NCBI GenBank assembly: GCA_963931155.1
Contig: OZ006978.1
Location: 1,300,692-1,364,691, forward strand
Source: an uncultured Clostridia bacterium
GTDB taxonomy: Bacteria > Bacillota > Clostridia > TANB77 > CAG-508
Length of the DNA stretch: 64,000 nucleotides
Reading direction: 5' to 3'
The position numbers and the translations under genes were made by a program. Below are positions 39,891 through 51,202 of this stretch, one piece after another. The notes beneath the pieces were generated by a model, which was given only the letters and a program-made list of their open reading frames with translations, made no database searches and was not told the DNA's origin. Numbering within the stretch: the stretch's first letter is position 1; the number at the start of each line of letters is the position of its first letter.

Positions 39891-42089
39891 ATGTCAGAAT
39901 ATAAAAATAAAAAAATTGAAGATGTAATAGCAGTGGTGAAAAAGAAGAAAGGAAGACGTGATACAAAATTAATACAACGAGCTTATGATTATGCAAATGC
40001 AAAACATGGAGACCAAAAAAGAAAATCTGGAGAACCATATATAATTCACCCATTGCAAGTATCTTATATTTTAGCTGACTTAGGTATGGACGACAACACT
40101 ATTTGTGCTGCACTTTTACATGATGTTTTAGAAGATACTGATACTACATACGATGATTTAGTAAAAGAATTCAACCAAGAAGTTGCATATATGGTAGATG
40201 GTGTTACAAAGCTTAGTAAGTTGCAATATGCAAGTGTTGAAGAACAACAAGTTGAAAACTACAGAAAAATGTTTTTGGCAATGGGAAAAGACATACGTGT
40301 AATCCTAATTAAACTTGCGGACAGACTTCATAATATGAGAACTTTAAAATATTTATCTAGAGATAGGCAAATAGCAAATGCTAAAGAAACAATGGAACTT
40401 TATGCACCACTAGCAAATAGACTAGGTGTATATTCATTAAAATGGGAACTTGAGGATTTATCATTTAAATATTTATATCCAGAAGAGTATAGAGAACTAG
40501 TAGAAGGTATAAATAAAAAAAGAGAAGAAAGACTTAAATTTATAGAGCAAATAATGGATCAAATAAGAGAAGAACTAAGAAATCAAAAAATAGATGCAGA
40601 AGTAACAGGAAGAGCAAAGCATTTATATAGTATATATAGAAAAATGAAAAGAGATAATAAAACATTGGATCAAATATATGATTTATTTGCATTAAGAATA
40701 TTGGTAAACTCAGTAAAGGACTGTTATGCAGCACTTGGGGTAGTACATGATTTATATAATCCAATGCCAGGAAGATTTAAAGACTATATTGCTGTGCCAA
40801 AACCAAATATGTACCAATCATTACATACAACTCTAATAGGTCCAAAAGGAACACCATTTGAAGTACAAATTCGTACATGGGATATGCATAGAGTTGCAGA
40901 ATATGGTATTGCTGCACATTGGGCATATAAAGAGTCTAGCTTTTTTAGTGGAAGAAAATCAAATGTAAAAGTACAAGATGATAAATTAGCATGGGTAAGA
41001 GAAACCTTGGAATGGCAAAGCGAAATGCAAGATCCAGATGAATTTATGTCTACCTTAAAGAAAGAATTATTTGTAGACGAAGTATATATTTTTACACCAA
41101 AAGGTGCAATAAAAGTACTTCCAAAAGGATCAACACCAATAGACTTTGCATATCAAATACACGAACAAATAGGACATAAAATGGTTGGCTGTAAAATAAA
41201 TAGTAAAATGATGCCAATTACAACAAAACTAAAAAATGGTGATATAGTTGAAATAATAACATCAGACCAATCAAAAGGACCAAGTAGAGATTGGCTAAAA
41301 TTTGTAAAAAGCTCAAGAGCGAGAAATAAAATATTAGGTTGGTTTAAGAAAAATCAAAGAGAAGAAAATATAGAAAAAGGAAAAGACATAATAGAAAGAG
41401 AACTAAAGAAGATTGGTGTAAAACATGATGATTTATTTAAAAATGAATTTGTACAGCCGGCATTAAACAGATATAAATATAATAGCTTAGATGATATGTA
41501 TGCAAGTGTTGGATTTGGCTCAATATCTGCAGGAAAAATTATATCTAGAATGTTAGAAGAGTATAGAAAAGTCCATAAAGAAGATGATATAGAAAAAACA
41601 CTACAAGAATTATCAAAAGAAAAAGTGCATAGAGAAAAACCATCATCAAATGGTGTTATAGTAAAAGGAATAGACAACTGTTTAGTAAAACTATCAAGAT
41701 GCTGTAATCCAGTACCAGGAGACGAGATAATAGGATATATAACAAGAGGAAGAGGGGTATCTGTACATAGAACAGACTGTGTAAATGCAAAAAATCTATT
41801 ATCAGACGGAAACAGAATAATAGATGTATACTGGAGCAACCAAAAAACAACATATAGTGTAGACATAGAAATATATGCAAATGACAGATCAGGACTTTTA
41901 GCAGACATAATAAATGTATTAGGAAATACAAAATGCAAATTACAAGCAGTAAATTCAAAAGCAAACAAAGAAAAAATTGCAATTACTGAAGTTACAGTAG
42001 AAGTAGAAAATATAGAACAACTAAACCAAGTATTAAAAGCATTAAGAAAAGTAGATAGTGTATACGAAGTAAAAAGAAAGAAACAATAA
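39891..42089 (+). CDS. relA: Bifunctional (p)ppGpp synthetase/hydrolase Rel
   Basis: HD domain, IKLADRLHNMRT, YQSLHTT, EVQIRT, TGS and ACT domains. Confidence 0.97.
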   Translation: MSEYKNKKIEDVIAVVKKKKGRRDTKLIQRAYDYANAKHGDQKRKSGEPYIIHPLQVSYILADLGMDDNTICAALLHDVLEDTDTTYDDLVKEFNQEVAYMVDGVTKLSKLQYASVEEQQVENYRKMFLAMGKDIRVILIKLADRLHNMRTLKYLSRDRQIANAKETMELYAPLANRLGVYSLKWELEDLSFKYLYPEEYRELVEGINKKREERLKFIEQIMDQIREELRNQKIDAEVTGRAKHLYSIYRKMKRDNKTLDQIYDLFALRILVNSVKDCYAALGVVHDLYNPMPGRFKDYIAVPKPNMYQSLHTTLIGPKGTPFEVQIRTWDMHRVAEYGIAAHWAYKESSFFSGRKSNVKVQDDKLAWVRETLEWQSEMQDPDEFMSTLKKELFVDEVYIFTPKGAIKVLPKGSTPIDFAYQIHEQIGHKMVGCKINSKMMPITTKLKNGDIVEIITSDQSKGPSRDWLKFVKSSRARNKILGWFKKNQREENIEKGKDIIERELKKIGVKHDDLFKNEFVQPALNRYKYNSLDDMYASVGFGSISAGKIISRMLEEYRKVHKEDDIEKTLQELSKEKVHREKPSSNGVIVKGIDNCLVKLSRCCNPVPGDEIIGYITRGRGVSVHRTDCVNAKNLLSDGNRIIDVYWSNQKTTYSVDIEIYANDRSGLLADIINVLGNTKCKLQAVNSKANKEKIAITEVTVEVENIEQLNQVLKALRKVDSVYEVKRKKQ

Positions 42090-42104
42090 AAACAGGAGAG
42101 AAAC

Positions 42105-42755
42105 ATGATTTTAAAAGAATTAAGAGTACAATCAGATTTTGAAAATATAATTACAAATTGTTATATAGTTGAAGATGAAAAAACAAAAGAAACAATGGTT
42201 ATAGATCCAGGAGGAGAATCAGAAAAAATTATAGATCTATTACAGATTTTAGGCTCAAAGGTTAAATATATTTATTTAACACATTGTCATGGTGACCATA
42301 TAGGAGCTGTAGAAGAAGTAAAAAATAAAAAAGGCGGAAAAATACTTATCCATGCAGAAGATTATGAAGGATTAAAGAATCCAGAAATTAATCTTACTGG
42401 TGTTGTTTCAGAAAATAGAAAAAGTATAGAAGCGGATTCTAGAGTAAATGATGGAGATACAATTCATATAGGAGACTTAGAGTTTAAAGTAATACATACT
42501 CCTGGGCACACAAAAGGTGGAAGTAGTTTATATTGTGAGAAAGAAAATATGTTATTTTCTGGAGACACAATGTTTAAAACAATGTGGGGAAGAACAGACC
42601 TTCCAACCGGTAGTTTCCCAGCTATAATACAATCAATTAGTAATAGATTACTAGTTTTACCAGACGATACTATTGTATATCCAGGACATGGTGCTTCTAC
42701 AAGAATTAAAGAAGAAGAACCAATCTATTATAACTTAATGCCAGGCGAAGAATAA
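42105..42755 (+). CDS. MBL-fold metallo-hydrolase
   Basis: THCHGDHIG, HTPGHT, SGDT, PGHG. Confidence 0.92.
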   Translation: MILKELRVQSDFENIITNCYIVEDEKTKETMVIDPGGESEKIIDLLQILGSKVKYIYLTHCHGDHIGAVEEVKNKKGGKILIHAEDYEGLKNPEINLTGVVSENRKSIEADSRVNDGDTIHIGDLEFKVIHTPGHTKGGSSLYCEKENMLFSGDTMFKTMWGRTDLPTGSFPAIIQSISNRLLVLPDDTIVYPGHGASTRIKEEEPIYYNLMPGEE

Positions 42756-42860
42756 GATAGTTAATAATAAATAAAATATTGAAAAAGGATAATAAATAAA
42801 TTATTAAAAAAATCACAATTATTAAAGTAGAGTAATCTTAAAATATAGGAGGACAAAGTT

Positions 42861-44168
42861 ATGAGAGTAGAACCACGAACATTACCGGGATTTATGGAAC
42901 TTTTGCCAAACGACCAAATACAATTTAATTCTATGATGGATAAAATAAGAGCATCATATGAAAAATTTGGATTTCTTCCATTAGATACACCTATAGTTGA
43001 AATGGCAGATGTACTTTTAGCGAAAGCTGGTGGAGAAACAGAGAAGCAAATATATCGTTTTAATAAAGGAGATAATGACTTGGCACTACGTTTTGATTTA
43101 ACAGTACCACTTGCTAAATATGTATGCCAGTATTATAACGATATTAGTTTCCCTTTTAAAAGATATCAAATAGGAAAAGTATATAGAGGTGAAAGACCAC
43201 AAAAAGGCAGATATAGAGAGTTTTATCAATGTGATATAGACATAATTGGAGATGGCGAATTAAGTTTAATAAATGATGCAGAAATGCCAAGTGTTATTTA
43301 TACTACAATAAAAGAATTAGGATTTGATGATTTTACAATTAGGATAAATAATAGAAAAATATTAAATGGATTATTTGCAGAACTAGATTTAGAAAAAGAA
43401 TCTGTAGAAATAATGAGAATTATTGATAAATTAGAAAAAATAGGAAAAGAAAATGTAGTTAAATGCTTAGAAGATTTAAAAATAGAAACAAGCAAAATAG
43501 AAAAAGTAATGGAATTTTTGAAAATAGATGGAGACACAGATACTAAACTAGAAAAATTAAGTAAGTTAGATTTTTCTAATAAGCTATTTAATGAAGGAGT
43601 AACTGAGCTTAAAGAGGTAATTAAGAATGTAAGATTATTTGGGGTTCCAGACACACATTTTAATGTAGATCTTACGATTGCAAGGGGGTTAGACTACTAT
43701 ACAGGAACTGTATATGAAACATTTCTAAATGATTATAGAGAGTTAGGAAGTGTTTGTTCTGGCGGTAGATATGATAATTTGGCAGAGTATTACACAGATA
43801 AAAAGATGCCAGGTGTTGGAGTATCTATAGGACTAACTAGATTTTATTCTAAATTGCAAGAGATGGACATAATAAAAAATACTCCAAAATCGATTTCAAA
43901 AGTAATTGTTATATCTATGCTAGATAATAACGATAGAGCATTAGAAATAGGAAGTATACTTAGAGAAAATAATATAAATACAGATGTATACTTAGAAGAT
44001 AAAAAGATAAAGGCAAAATTTAAATATGCGAACAGATTAAATGTTCCATATGTAGCAATAATAGGTGAAGAAGAAGAAAAAAATGGAACAGTTAGTCTTA
44101 AAAATATGGAAACAGGAGAACAAAACGAAATTAGCATAGATGAATTAATAACTATATTAAAAAAATAA
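42861..44168 (+). CDS. hisS: Histidine--tRNA ligase
   Basis: LRFDLTVP, RGERPQKGRYREFYQCD, ARGLDYYTG, GGRYD. Confidence 0.97.
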   Translation: MRVEPRTLPGFMELLPNDQIQFNSMMDKIRASYEKFGFLPLDTPIVEMADVLLAKAGGETEKQIYRFNKGDNDLALRFDLTVPLAKYVCQYYNDISFPFKRYQIGKVYRGERPQKGRYREFYQCDIDIIGDGELSLINDAEMPSVIYTTIKELGFDDFTIRINNRKILNGLFAELDLEKESVEIMRIIDKLEKIGKENVVKCLEDLKIETSKIEKVMEFLKIDGDTDTKLEKLSKLDFSNKLFNEGVTELKEVIKNVRLFGVPDTHFNVDLTIARGLDYYTGTVYETFLNDYRELGSVCSGGRYDNLAEYYTDKKMPGVGVSIGLTRFYSKLQEMDIIKNTPKSISKVIVISMLDNNDRALEIGSILRENNINTDVYLEDKKIKAKFKYANRLNVPYVAIIGEEEEKNGTVSLKNMETGEQNEISIDELITILKK

Positions 44169-44298
44169 ATAGAAAAAATATAACCTAGTTTTTAAAAGGA
44201 TTAGGTTATATTTTTTATGCTTTCTGAATATAAATATATATAGGAAACTTGGACAATTAGAAATTCAAAAAGTGTATCATAAGGAAGGAAAGCCAAAG

Positions 44299-45426
44299 AT
44301 GATTAATTTAGCTGTAATAGAATTAAAAGATATTATAAAATATTTAATAAAAATAACAATTATAATATTACTTGCTGTAGGACTTACAAAATTTTTCTCA
44401 AGTTTTAAAACAAAACTAAATATAGAAAAGAATTCATTTCTTTCCTGTTTAGATGTAGTTATACCTAGCATGGGAGATATAAACAAAACTGAGCAAAGTA
44501 CAAAAAAGGTAGATAAAGCAGAAATAAAACCTCTAAAAATGGTACTAGAAACTGAATTAGGACTTATTGATACATTAGAAAAAAATGGAGAAAAAACAGA
44601 AGAAAAGAAAGAGGAAAAAAATGAAAATACAGAAGAATCAAAAGACGAAAAAATTGAAGAGGCAAAAACAGGTTTAAAAACAGAAGTTATAGAAACTAAT
44701 GTGCCTGAAAAATTTACCACTGAATACAATGGAGTAAAAATAAGAAACGAAACAGATAACATAAAATTAACAAAAGAAATGTTAAAACCAGATATTAGTT
44801 TAAATAATAAAAATATTATAATATATCATACACATACATGTGAAAGTTATACAAAAACAAAAAAATATACATATAAATCATCAGGAAATTTTAGAACAAC
44901 AGATATAAATTATTCAGTAGCAAGAGTGGGAACAGAACTTACAAAGTACTTAGAACACTATGGATATAACGTAATACATGATACTACACTATACGATTAT
45001 CCATCATATAGTGAATCTTATGATAGATCATTAAAAGGTGTAGCAGAATTGTTAGAAGAAAATAAAGATACAGATATTTTATTTGATATACATAGAGATG
45101 CAATAGGAGATAGTAAATATGCACCAACAGTAAAAATAGGAGAAGAAGAAGCAGCTCAAATGATGTTTGTAATAGGAAGTAATGGAGGAGGAAGCAAGCA
45201 TGATGATTGGAACAAAAATTTAAAATTTGCAGTAAAAATACAAGAAAAAGCAAATGAAATGTATCCAGGTTTATTTAAACCGATAATCTTAAGAGATAGC
45301 AGATACAATCAACAATTAGCAGAAGGTGCAAGCATTATAGAAGTAGGAGCTACAGGAAACACACTAGAACAATGTTTAAATAGTATGAAATATTTATCAA
45401 AAGTAATACAAGAAGTTTTGAAATAA
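44299..45426 (+). CDS. spoIIP: Stage II sporulation protein P
   Basis: IYHTHTCESY, DIHRDA, RYNQ, IEVGATGN. Confidence 0.92.
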   Translation: MINLAVIELKDIIKYLIKITIIILLAVGLTKFFSSFKTKLNIEKNSFLSCLDVVIPSMGDINKTEQSTKKVDKAEIKPLKMVLETELGLIDTLEKNGEKTEEKKEEKNENTEESKDEKIEEAKTGLKTEVIETNVPEKFTTEYNGVKIRNETDNIKLTKEMLKPDISLNNKNIIIYHTHTCESYTKTKKYTYKSSGNFRTTDINYSVARVGTELTKYLEHYGYNVIHDTTLYDYPSYSESYDRSLKGVAELLEENKDTDILFDIHRDAIGDSKYAPTVKIGEEEAAQMMFVIGSNGGGSKHDDWNKNLKFAVKIQEKANEMYPGLFKPIILRDSRYNQQLAEGASIIEVGATGNTLEQCLNSMKYLSKVIQEVLK

Positions 45427-45427
45427 T

Positions 45428-45455
45428 GTGCCATTGGGTCAGACCCCAATGGCAT
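45428..45455. repeat. GTGCCA(T/A)TGG palindrome / terminator
   Basis: gtgccattgggtcagaccccaatggcat followed by T-run; related to outer arms at 8021-8113. Confidence 0.55.
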
Positions 45456-45490
45456 TTTTGCCAATTTAACGAAAAATTATTTTAAATTAC

Positions 45491-45548
45491 TTGACAATTT
45501 GGCTTAAAAAAATTATAATAAAATATTGTTAGATACCTAACAATATTT
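45491..45548 (+). promoter_or_regulatory. sigma-A promoter with palindromic MarR operator
   Basis: TTGACA-N17-TATAAT then aaatattgttag-atac-ctaacaatattt. Confidence 0.8.
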
Positions 45549-45571
45549 GGGGGTGATGTAAAATAGAAAGC

Positions 45572-45997
45572 ATGAATATAGGGAGAAGTATTCATATATT
45601 ATCAAGGCAAATTAAGAGAAAAATAGATGAAGCGGTCATTAAATACAATGTTACGTCTGTTCAGTGTGGTTTTATAGAATATATAAGTTATGAAAGTAAA
45701 AAGGGAAATGTTTATGCAAAAGACATCGAAAAAAAATTTAATATGCGAAGAGCTACTGTAGCAGAGATTCTTAGCTTGATGGAAAAAAATGGATTAATAG
45801 AAAGAAAGTCAAATGAGCAAGATGCTAGATTAAAACAAATTATTTTAACAAAAAGGTCATTGGAAATTAAAAATAGTATAAAAAAAGAAGTAAAAAAAGT
45901 AGAAAAATTACTAAGAAAAGATTTTACAGAACAAGAACTAACTAATTTTATGAATATATTGAAGAAAATGTCTGACAATTTAGAATGTAAAGTATAA
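45572..45997 (+). CDS. MarR family transcriptional regulator
   Basis: RATVAEILSLMEKNGLIER, DARLKQIILT. Confidence 0.92.
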   Translation: MNIGRSIHILSRQIKRKIDEAVIKYNVTSVQCGFIEYISYESKKGNVYAKDIEKKFNMRRATVAEILSLMEKNGLIERKSNEQDARLKQIILTKRSLEIKNSIKKEVKKVEKLLRKDFTEQELTNFMNILKKMSDNLECKV

Positions 45998-46093
45998 ATA
46001 AAAGTTCACTAATAAATATGATTTAATGTAATTTAAGTAAAAAAATATTAATAAAATAATGTATATAATTAGTAAAAAATATAGGAGGTAGAA

Positions 46094-47845
46094 ATGATAA
46101 AGAAATTAGCTAAATATATAAAAGACTGTAAAAAAGATACAATTTTAACACCTATATTTGTTATTTTTGAGGTTATTATGGAAGTTGTAATTCCATATTT
46201 AATGGCAAAAATCATAGATGTGGGTATACAAAATAGTGATATTAAATATATATTGGAAATAGGTATATTTTTAATTGTATCTGCAATATTATCACTTACT
46301 TTTGGTATGTTATCTGGTAGATTTGCTGCAAAAGCATCTGCAGGTTATGCTAAAAATTTAAGAAAAGCTATGTTTGATAAAATTCAAACATATGCATTTG
46401 AAAATATTGATAAATTTTCAACATCGAGCTTAATTACAAGACTTACAACAGATGTAACTAATGTACAAAACGCTTTTCAAATGATTATAAGAATACTAGT
46501 AAGAGCTCCAATAATGCTAATATTTGCTCTTATTATGGCTTTTTCAATAAGTGCAAAACTTGCCTGTATATTTTTGGTTGCAATACCTATCCTTGGCTTT
46601 CTTTTAATATTTATAGCAAAAAAAGCACATCCATATTTTGAAAAAGTATTCAAAAAGTATGATAAATTAAATAGAGTAGTACAAGAAGATTTATCAGGAA
46701 TAAGAGTTGTTAAAGCATATGCTAAAGAAGATTTAGAAAAGCAAAAATTTGGTGAAGTAAATAATGAAGTATTTAAAATGTTTAAAACAGCAGAAAAAAT
46801 AGTTGCTTTTAACTCTCCAGTAATGCAATTTACTGTGTATTCATGTATTTTATTAATCTCATGGTTTGGTGCACAATTAATTGTTGGGGGAGAAATGCAA
46901 ACAGGTCAATTGTCTAGTTTAATTACATATGCATATCAAATACTTATGAGTTTAATGATGCTTTCTATGGTTTTTGTTATGGTAATAATTGCTCAATCTT
47001 CTGCAGAGAGAATTGTGGAAGTTTTAGATGAAGAACCAGCAATTAAAAATAAAGAAAAAAATATAAAAGAAGTAAAAGATGGATCAATCGTATTTGATAA
47101 TGTAAGTTTTTGCTATAGTGATGAAAAAGACAAAAGTAAATTTGCTTTAAGAAATATAAACTTAGAGATTAAGCCTGGAGAAACTATTGGAATTATAGGT
47201 GGAACAGGTAGTTCAAAATCTACTCTAGTTCAGTTAATTCCAAGACTATATGATGCAACTAAGGGAAAGGTTAAGGTAGGAGGAGTAGATGTTAAAGACT
47301 ACGATATAGAAACTTTAAGAGATAGTGTTTCCATGGTACTTCAGAAAAATGTATTATTCTCAGGTACAATTAGCGAAAACTTAAGATGGGGAAATAAAGA
47401 AGCAGATGATGATGAATTGGAAAGAGTTTGTAAATTAGCACAAGCAGACGATTTTATAAAACAATTTCCAGCAAAGTATGAAACAGTATTAGATCAAGGT
47501 GGAACTAATGTATCAGGAGGGCAAAAACAAAGAATTTGTATAGCAAGAGCATTACTAAAAAAACCAAAAATATTAATATTAGATGATTCAACGAGTGCTG
47601 TAGATACTAAAACAGATGCATTAATTAGAAAAGCATTTAGGGAGGAAATACCAAATACAACTAAAATAATTATTGCACAAAGAATTAGTTCTATAGAAGA
47701 TGCAGATAAAATTATTGTATTAAATGAAGGAAAAATTGATGGAATTGGAACATCAGAAGAATTATTAAAAACCAATAAAATTTATAAAGAAGTATATGAT
47801 TCTCAAATGAAGGGAGATGATGAAAAAGATGGAAAAGAAAATTAA
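46094..47845 (+). CDS. ABC exporter ATP-binding/permease subunit
   Basis: TM domain, GGTGSSKST, VSGGQKQR, ILDDS (degenerate site). Confidence 0.93.
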   Translation: MIKKLAKYIKDCKKDTILTPIFVIFEVIMEVVIPYLMAKIIDVGIQNSDIKYILEIGIFLIVSAILSLTFGMLSGRFAAKASAGYAKNLRKAMFDKIQTYAFENIDKFSTSSLITRLTTDVTNVQNAFQMIIRILVRAPIMLIFALIMAFSISAKLACIFLVAIPILGFLLIFIAKKAHPYFEKVFKKYDKLNRVVQEDLSGIRVVKAYAKEDLEKQKFGEVNNEVFKMFKTAEKIVAFNSPVMQFTVYSCILLISWFGAQLIVGGEMQTGQLSSLITYAYQILMSLMMLSMVFVMVIIAQSSAERIVEVLDEEPAIKNKEKNIKEVKDGSIVFDNVSFCYSDEKDKSKFALRNINLEIKPGETIGIIGGTGSSKSTLVQLIPRLYDATKGKVKVGGVDVKDYDIETLRDSVSMVLQKNVLFSGTISENLRWGNKEADDDELERVCKLAQADDFIKQFPAKYETVLDQGGTNVSGGQKQRICIARALLKKPKILILDDSTSAVDTKTDALIRKAFREEIPNTTKIIIAQRISSIEDADKIIVLNEGKIDGIGTSEELLKTNKIYKEVYDSQMKGDDEKDGKEN

Positions 47846-49688
47846 AAAATCTAAAACAGCATTTAGACTTTTAAAATACGTATTTACGACTTATAAACTA
47901 CAATTCTTTATAGTACTTGTAGCAATTATATTTAGTGCACTTGCCAATGTGTTAGGAATTCAATTTATACAAACATTAATTGATAATTATATAGTACCAT
48001 TATTAGGAAATCAAAATCCAGATTTTTCATCATTATTGCAAGCAATCTTTTCAATGGGACTAATCTATATATTGGGTGTTATAGCAACATATGTTTATAA
48101 TAGATTGATGATTAATATTTCGCAAGGAATACTAAATAAAATACGTACAGAAATGTTTGAACATATGCAAACATTACCAATAAGATACTTTGATAGCCGT
48201 TCTCATGGTGAAATAATGAGTACATATACAAATGATGTAGATGCCCTAAGACAGTGCTTAAGTCAAAGTATTCCACAAGTATTTTCTGCAATTATAACAA
48301 TGATAACAGTTTTAATATCAATGTTTACTACAAATGTATATTTAACATTAGTAGTTATAGCAATGGTTGTAATAATGACCTTTGTATCTAGGTACTTGGG
48401 CGGAAATAGTTCAAGATATTTTGTTCAACAACAAGAAGATTTAAGTAAAGTAAATGGGTATATAGAAGAAATGATGGAAGGACAAAAAGTAGTAAAAGTT
48501 TTTTGTCATGAAGAAGCAACAAAGGAAAAATTTGATGAATTAAATGAAAATTTATGTGATAGTGGAGCAAGAGCTAATACATATGCAAATATTTTAATGC
48601 CATGTATATTAAATATTGGAAACTTAGGGTATGTTTTAGTTGCGGTTATAGGAGGTATACTTTCTATAAATGGAATATTAACAATCGGAAACATAGCGGC
48701 ATTTTTACAATATGTAAAAGCATTTACAAACCCACTTGGTCAAGTTTCACAACAAATCAACTTTATAGTTATGGCACTAGCAGGAGCTGGAAGAATATTC
48801 AAATTAATTGATGAAAAACCAGAAGAAGATGATGGATATGTAACACTAGTAAATGCAAAAATGGAAAACGGAAAAATTGTAGAAACTAATGAAAGAACGG
48901 GATTATGGGCATGGAAACACCCACATAAAGATGGTAGAATAACATATGCTAGATTGAGAGGAAAAGTTACATTTAGTGATGTTGTATTTGGTTATACAGA
49001 CAAAAAGATTGTATTACATAATATATCTCTAGAAGCGAAAGAAGGACAAAAGGTTGCATTTGTTGGAGCAACTGGTGCAGGAAAAACAACAATTACAAAT
49101 TTAATAAACAGATTTTATGATATACAAAGTGGAAAAATCAGATACGACGGAATAAATATACAAAAAATAAAAAAAGCAGATTTAAGAAGATCACTTGGAA
49201 TGGTTTTGCAAGATACAAATTTATTTACAGGAACAATAAAAGATAATATCAGGTATTCAAGACCAGACGCATCTGATGAAGAAGTATATGCTGCAGCAAA
49301 ATTAGCAAATGCAGATTATTTTATAAAGCATTTACCACAAGGATATGATACAGTTATAACAGGAAATGGAGAAGGACTATCACAAGGGCAAAGACAATTA
49401 CTTTCAATAGCAAGAGCAGCATTAGATAATGCACCAGTATTAATATTAGATGAAGCAACATCAAGTATAGATACACGTACAGAGAAAATCGTTCAAGACG
49501 GTATGGATAAATTAATGAAAGGAAGAACTGTTTTTGTAATAGCACATAGACTATCAACAATAAGAAACTCTGACTTAATTATGGTATTAGATCAAGGAAG
49601 AATAATTGAAAGAGGAAATCATGAAGAGTTAATAGGTAAAAAAGGTATGTACTATGGATTATATACAGGAGCAATAGAAATAGAATAA
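47817..49688 (+). CDS. ABC exporter ATP-binding/permease subunit (heterodimer partner)
   Basis: GATGAGKTT, LSQGQRQ, ILDEATS, IAHRLST; exact start uncertain (47817-47829). Confidence 0.93.
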   Translation: MMKKMEKKIKKSKTAFRLLKYVFTTYKLQFFIVLVAIIFSALANVLGIQFIQTLIDNYIVPLLGNQNPDFSSLLQAIFSMGLIYILGVIATYVYNRLMINISQGILNKIRTEMFEHMQTLPIRYFDSRSHGEIMSTYTNDVDALRQCLSQSIPQVFSAIITMITVLISMFTTNVYLTLVVIAMVVIMTFVSRYLGGNSSRYFVQQQEDLSKVNGYIEEMMEGQKVVKVFCHEEATKEKFDELNENLCDSGARANTYANILMPCILNIGNLGYVLVAVIGGILSINGILTIGNIAAFLQYVKAFTNPLGQVSQQINFIVMALAGAGRIFKLIDEKPEEDDGYVTLVNAKMENGKIVETNERTGLWAWKHPHKDGRITYARLRGKVTFSDVVFGYTDKKIVLHNISLEAKEGQKVAFVGATGAGKTTITNLINRFYDIQSGKIRYDGINIQKIKKADLRRSLGMVLQDTNLFTGTIKDNIRYSRPDASDEEVYAAAKLANADYFIKHLPQGYDTVITGNGEGLSQGQRQLLSIARAALDNAPVLILDEATSSIDTRTEKIVQDGMDKLMKGRTVFVIAHRLSTIRNSDLIMVLDQGRIIERGNHEELIGKKGMYYGLYTGAIEIE

Positions 49689-49855
49689 TTTTTTACAAAA
49701 GGGACGGGTTTGCAAAACAAACCTGTCTCTTTTTGTAATTTTGGTAAATTTTATTTTTTTTTGTAAACTACTTGATAAAAAATTATTTGTATAATATGAT
49801 ATAAATGTATAAATAAAAATGAAGTTTGAGTATATTTTTACAAAGGAGGAGTTTT

Positions 49856-51172
49856 ATGGGAAATATAAAGATAAACTTTGATAATGCAAAGGATTTTGAG
49901 AAAAAAATAATGAAGTATTCTAGGCAAGTTAAAGAAACTCATAAAGAATTACATGCAAAAGCTGACTATAAAAATGAATTTTGTGGATGGCTTAATTTAC
50001 CTACAAATTATGATAAAGAAGAGTTTGAAAAAATAAAAAAAGCTGCTAAAAAAATACAAGCAGATTCAGATATATTATTAGTTATTGGAATTGGAGGTTC
50101 TTATTTAGGTGCTAGAGCTGTTATTGAATCTCTTAATAACACATTTTACAATATGCAAGATAATACTCAAAGAAAAACACCTCAAATATTATATGTAGGA
50201 AATTCACTAAGTCCAAACTATATAAGTGATTTAGTAAATTATATTGGTGATAAAGATATTTCTATAAATGTTATTTCTAAATCAGGTACAACTACAGAAC
50301 CTGCTATAGCTTTTAGAATTTTTAGAGAAATAATGGAAAACAAATACAGTCTAAAAGAGGCAAGATCTAGAATTTATGTAACAACAGATAGTGAAAAAGG
50401 TGCATTAAAAACACTTGCAGATAAGGAAAAATATACTACATTTGTTATTCCAGATAATGTGGGAGGAAGGTACTCTGTTTTAACAGCTGTTGGTTTACTT
50501 CCAATAGCTACTGCGGGAGTGAATATCGATGAATTAATGGAGGGAGCAAGAATAGCTCAAGACAGATATTCAGATGAAAATTTAAAATATAATGAGTGTT
50601 ATAAATATGCAGTTTTAAGAAATATTTTATATGAAGATGAAAAAAATATAGAAATTTTGGTTACATATGAACCAAAAATGCATTATTTTATTGAATGGTG
50701 GAAACAATTATTTGGAGAAAGTGAAGGTAAGGAGCAAAAAGGAATTTACCCATCTGGAGCAGAATTTACTACAGATTTACATTCATTAGGTCAATATATT
50801 CAACAAGGAAGAAGAAATTTATTTGAAACAGTTATAAGCATAGAAAATCCAGAAAATGATATAGAATTAAAAAAAGAAGAAGATGACATGGATAATTTGA
50901 ATTATTTAGCTGGAAAAACAATGGACTATGTAAACAAAAAAGCGATGGAAGCAACTATTGCAGCACATGTTGAAGGAGATGTTCCAAATATTGTAGTTAA
51001 TATTAATAAATTGGATGCAAATAACATGGGACAATTAATATATTTCTTTGAATTGGCATGTGCTATGTCTGGTTCAATATTAGGAATTAATCCATTTAAT
51101 CAACCAGGAGTGGAAAAATACAAAACAAACATGTTTAAACTATTAGGAAAACCAGGATATGAAGGAAAATAA
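49856..51172 (+). CDS. pgi: Glucose-6-phosphate isomerase
   Basis: [40 protein letters not shown]. Confidence 0.97.
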   Translation: MGNIKINFDNAKDFEKKIMKYSRQVKETHKELHAKADYKNEFCGWLNLPTNYDKEEFEKIKKAAKKIQADSDILLVIGIGGSYLGARAVIESLNNTFYNMQDNTQRKTPQILYVGNSLSPNYISDLVNYIGDKDISINVISKSGTTTEPAIAFRIFREIMENKYSLKEARSRIYVTTDSEKGALKTLADKEKYTTFVIPDNVGGRYSVLTAVGLLPIATAGVNIDELMEGARIAQDRYSDENLKYNECYKYAVLRNILYEDEKNIEILVTYEPKMHYFIEWWKQLFGESEGKEQKGIYPSGAEFTTDLHSLGQYIQQGRRNLFETVISIENPENDIELKKEEDDMDNLNYLAGKTMDYVNKKAMEATIAAHVEGDVPNIVVNINKLDANNMGQLIYFFELACAMSGSILGINPFNQPGVEKYKTNMFKLLGKPGYEGK

Positions 51173-51202
51173 TTCAAATGAAAAAATAAAGAGGAAAAAA
51201 GA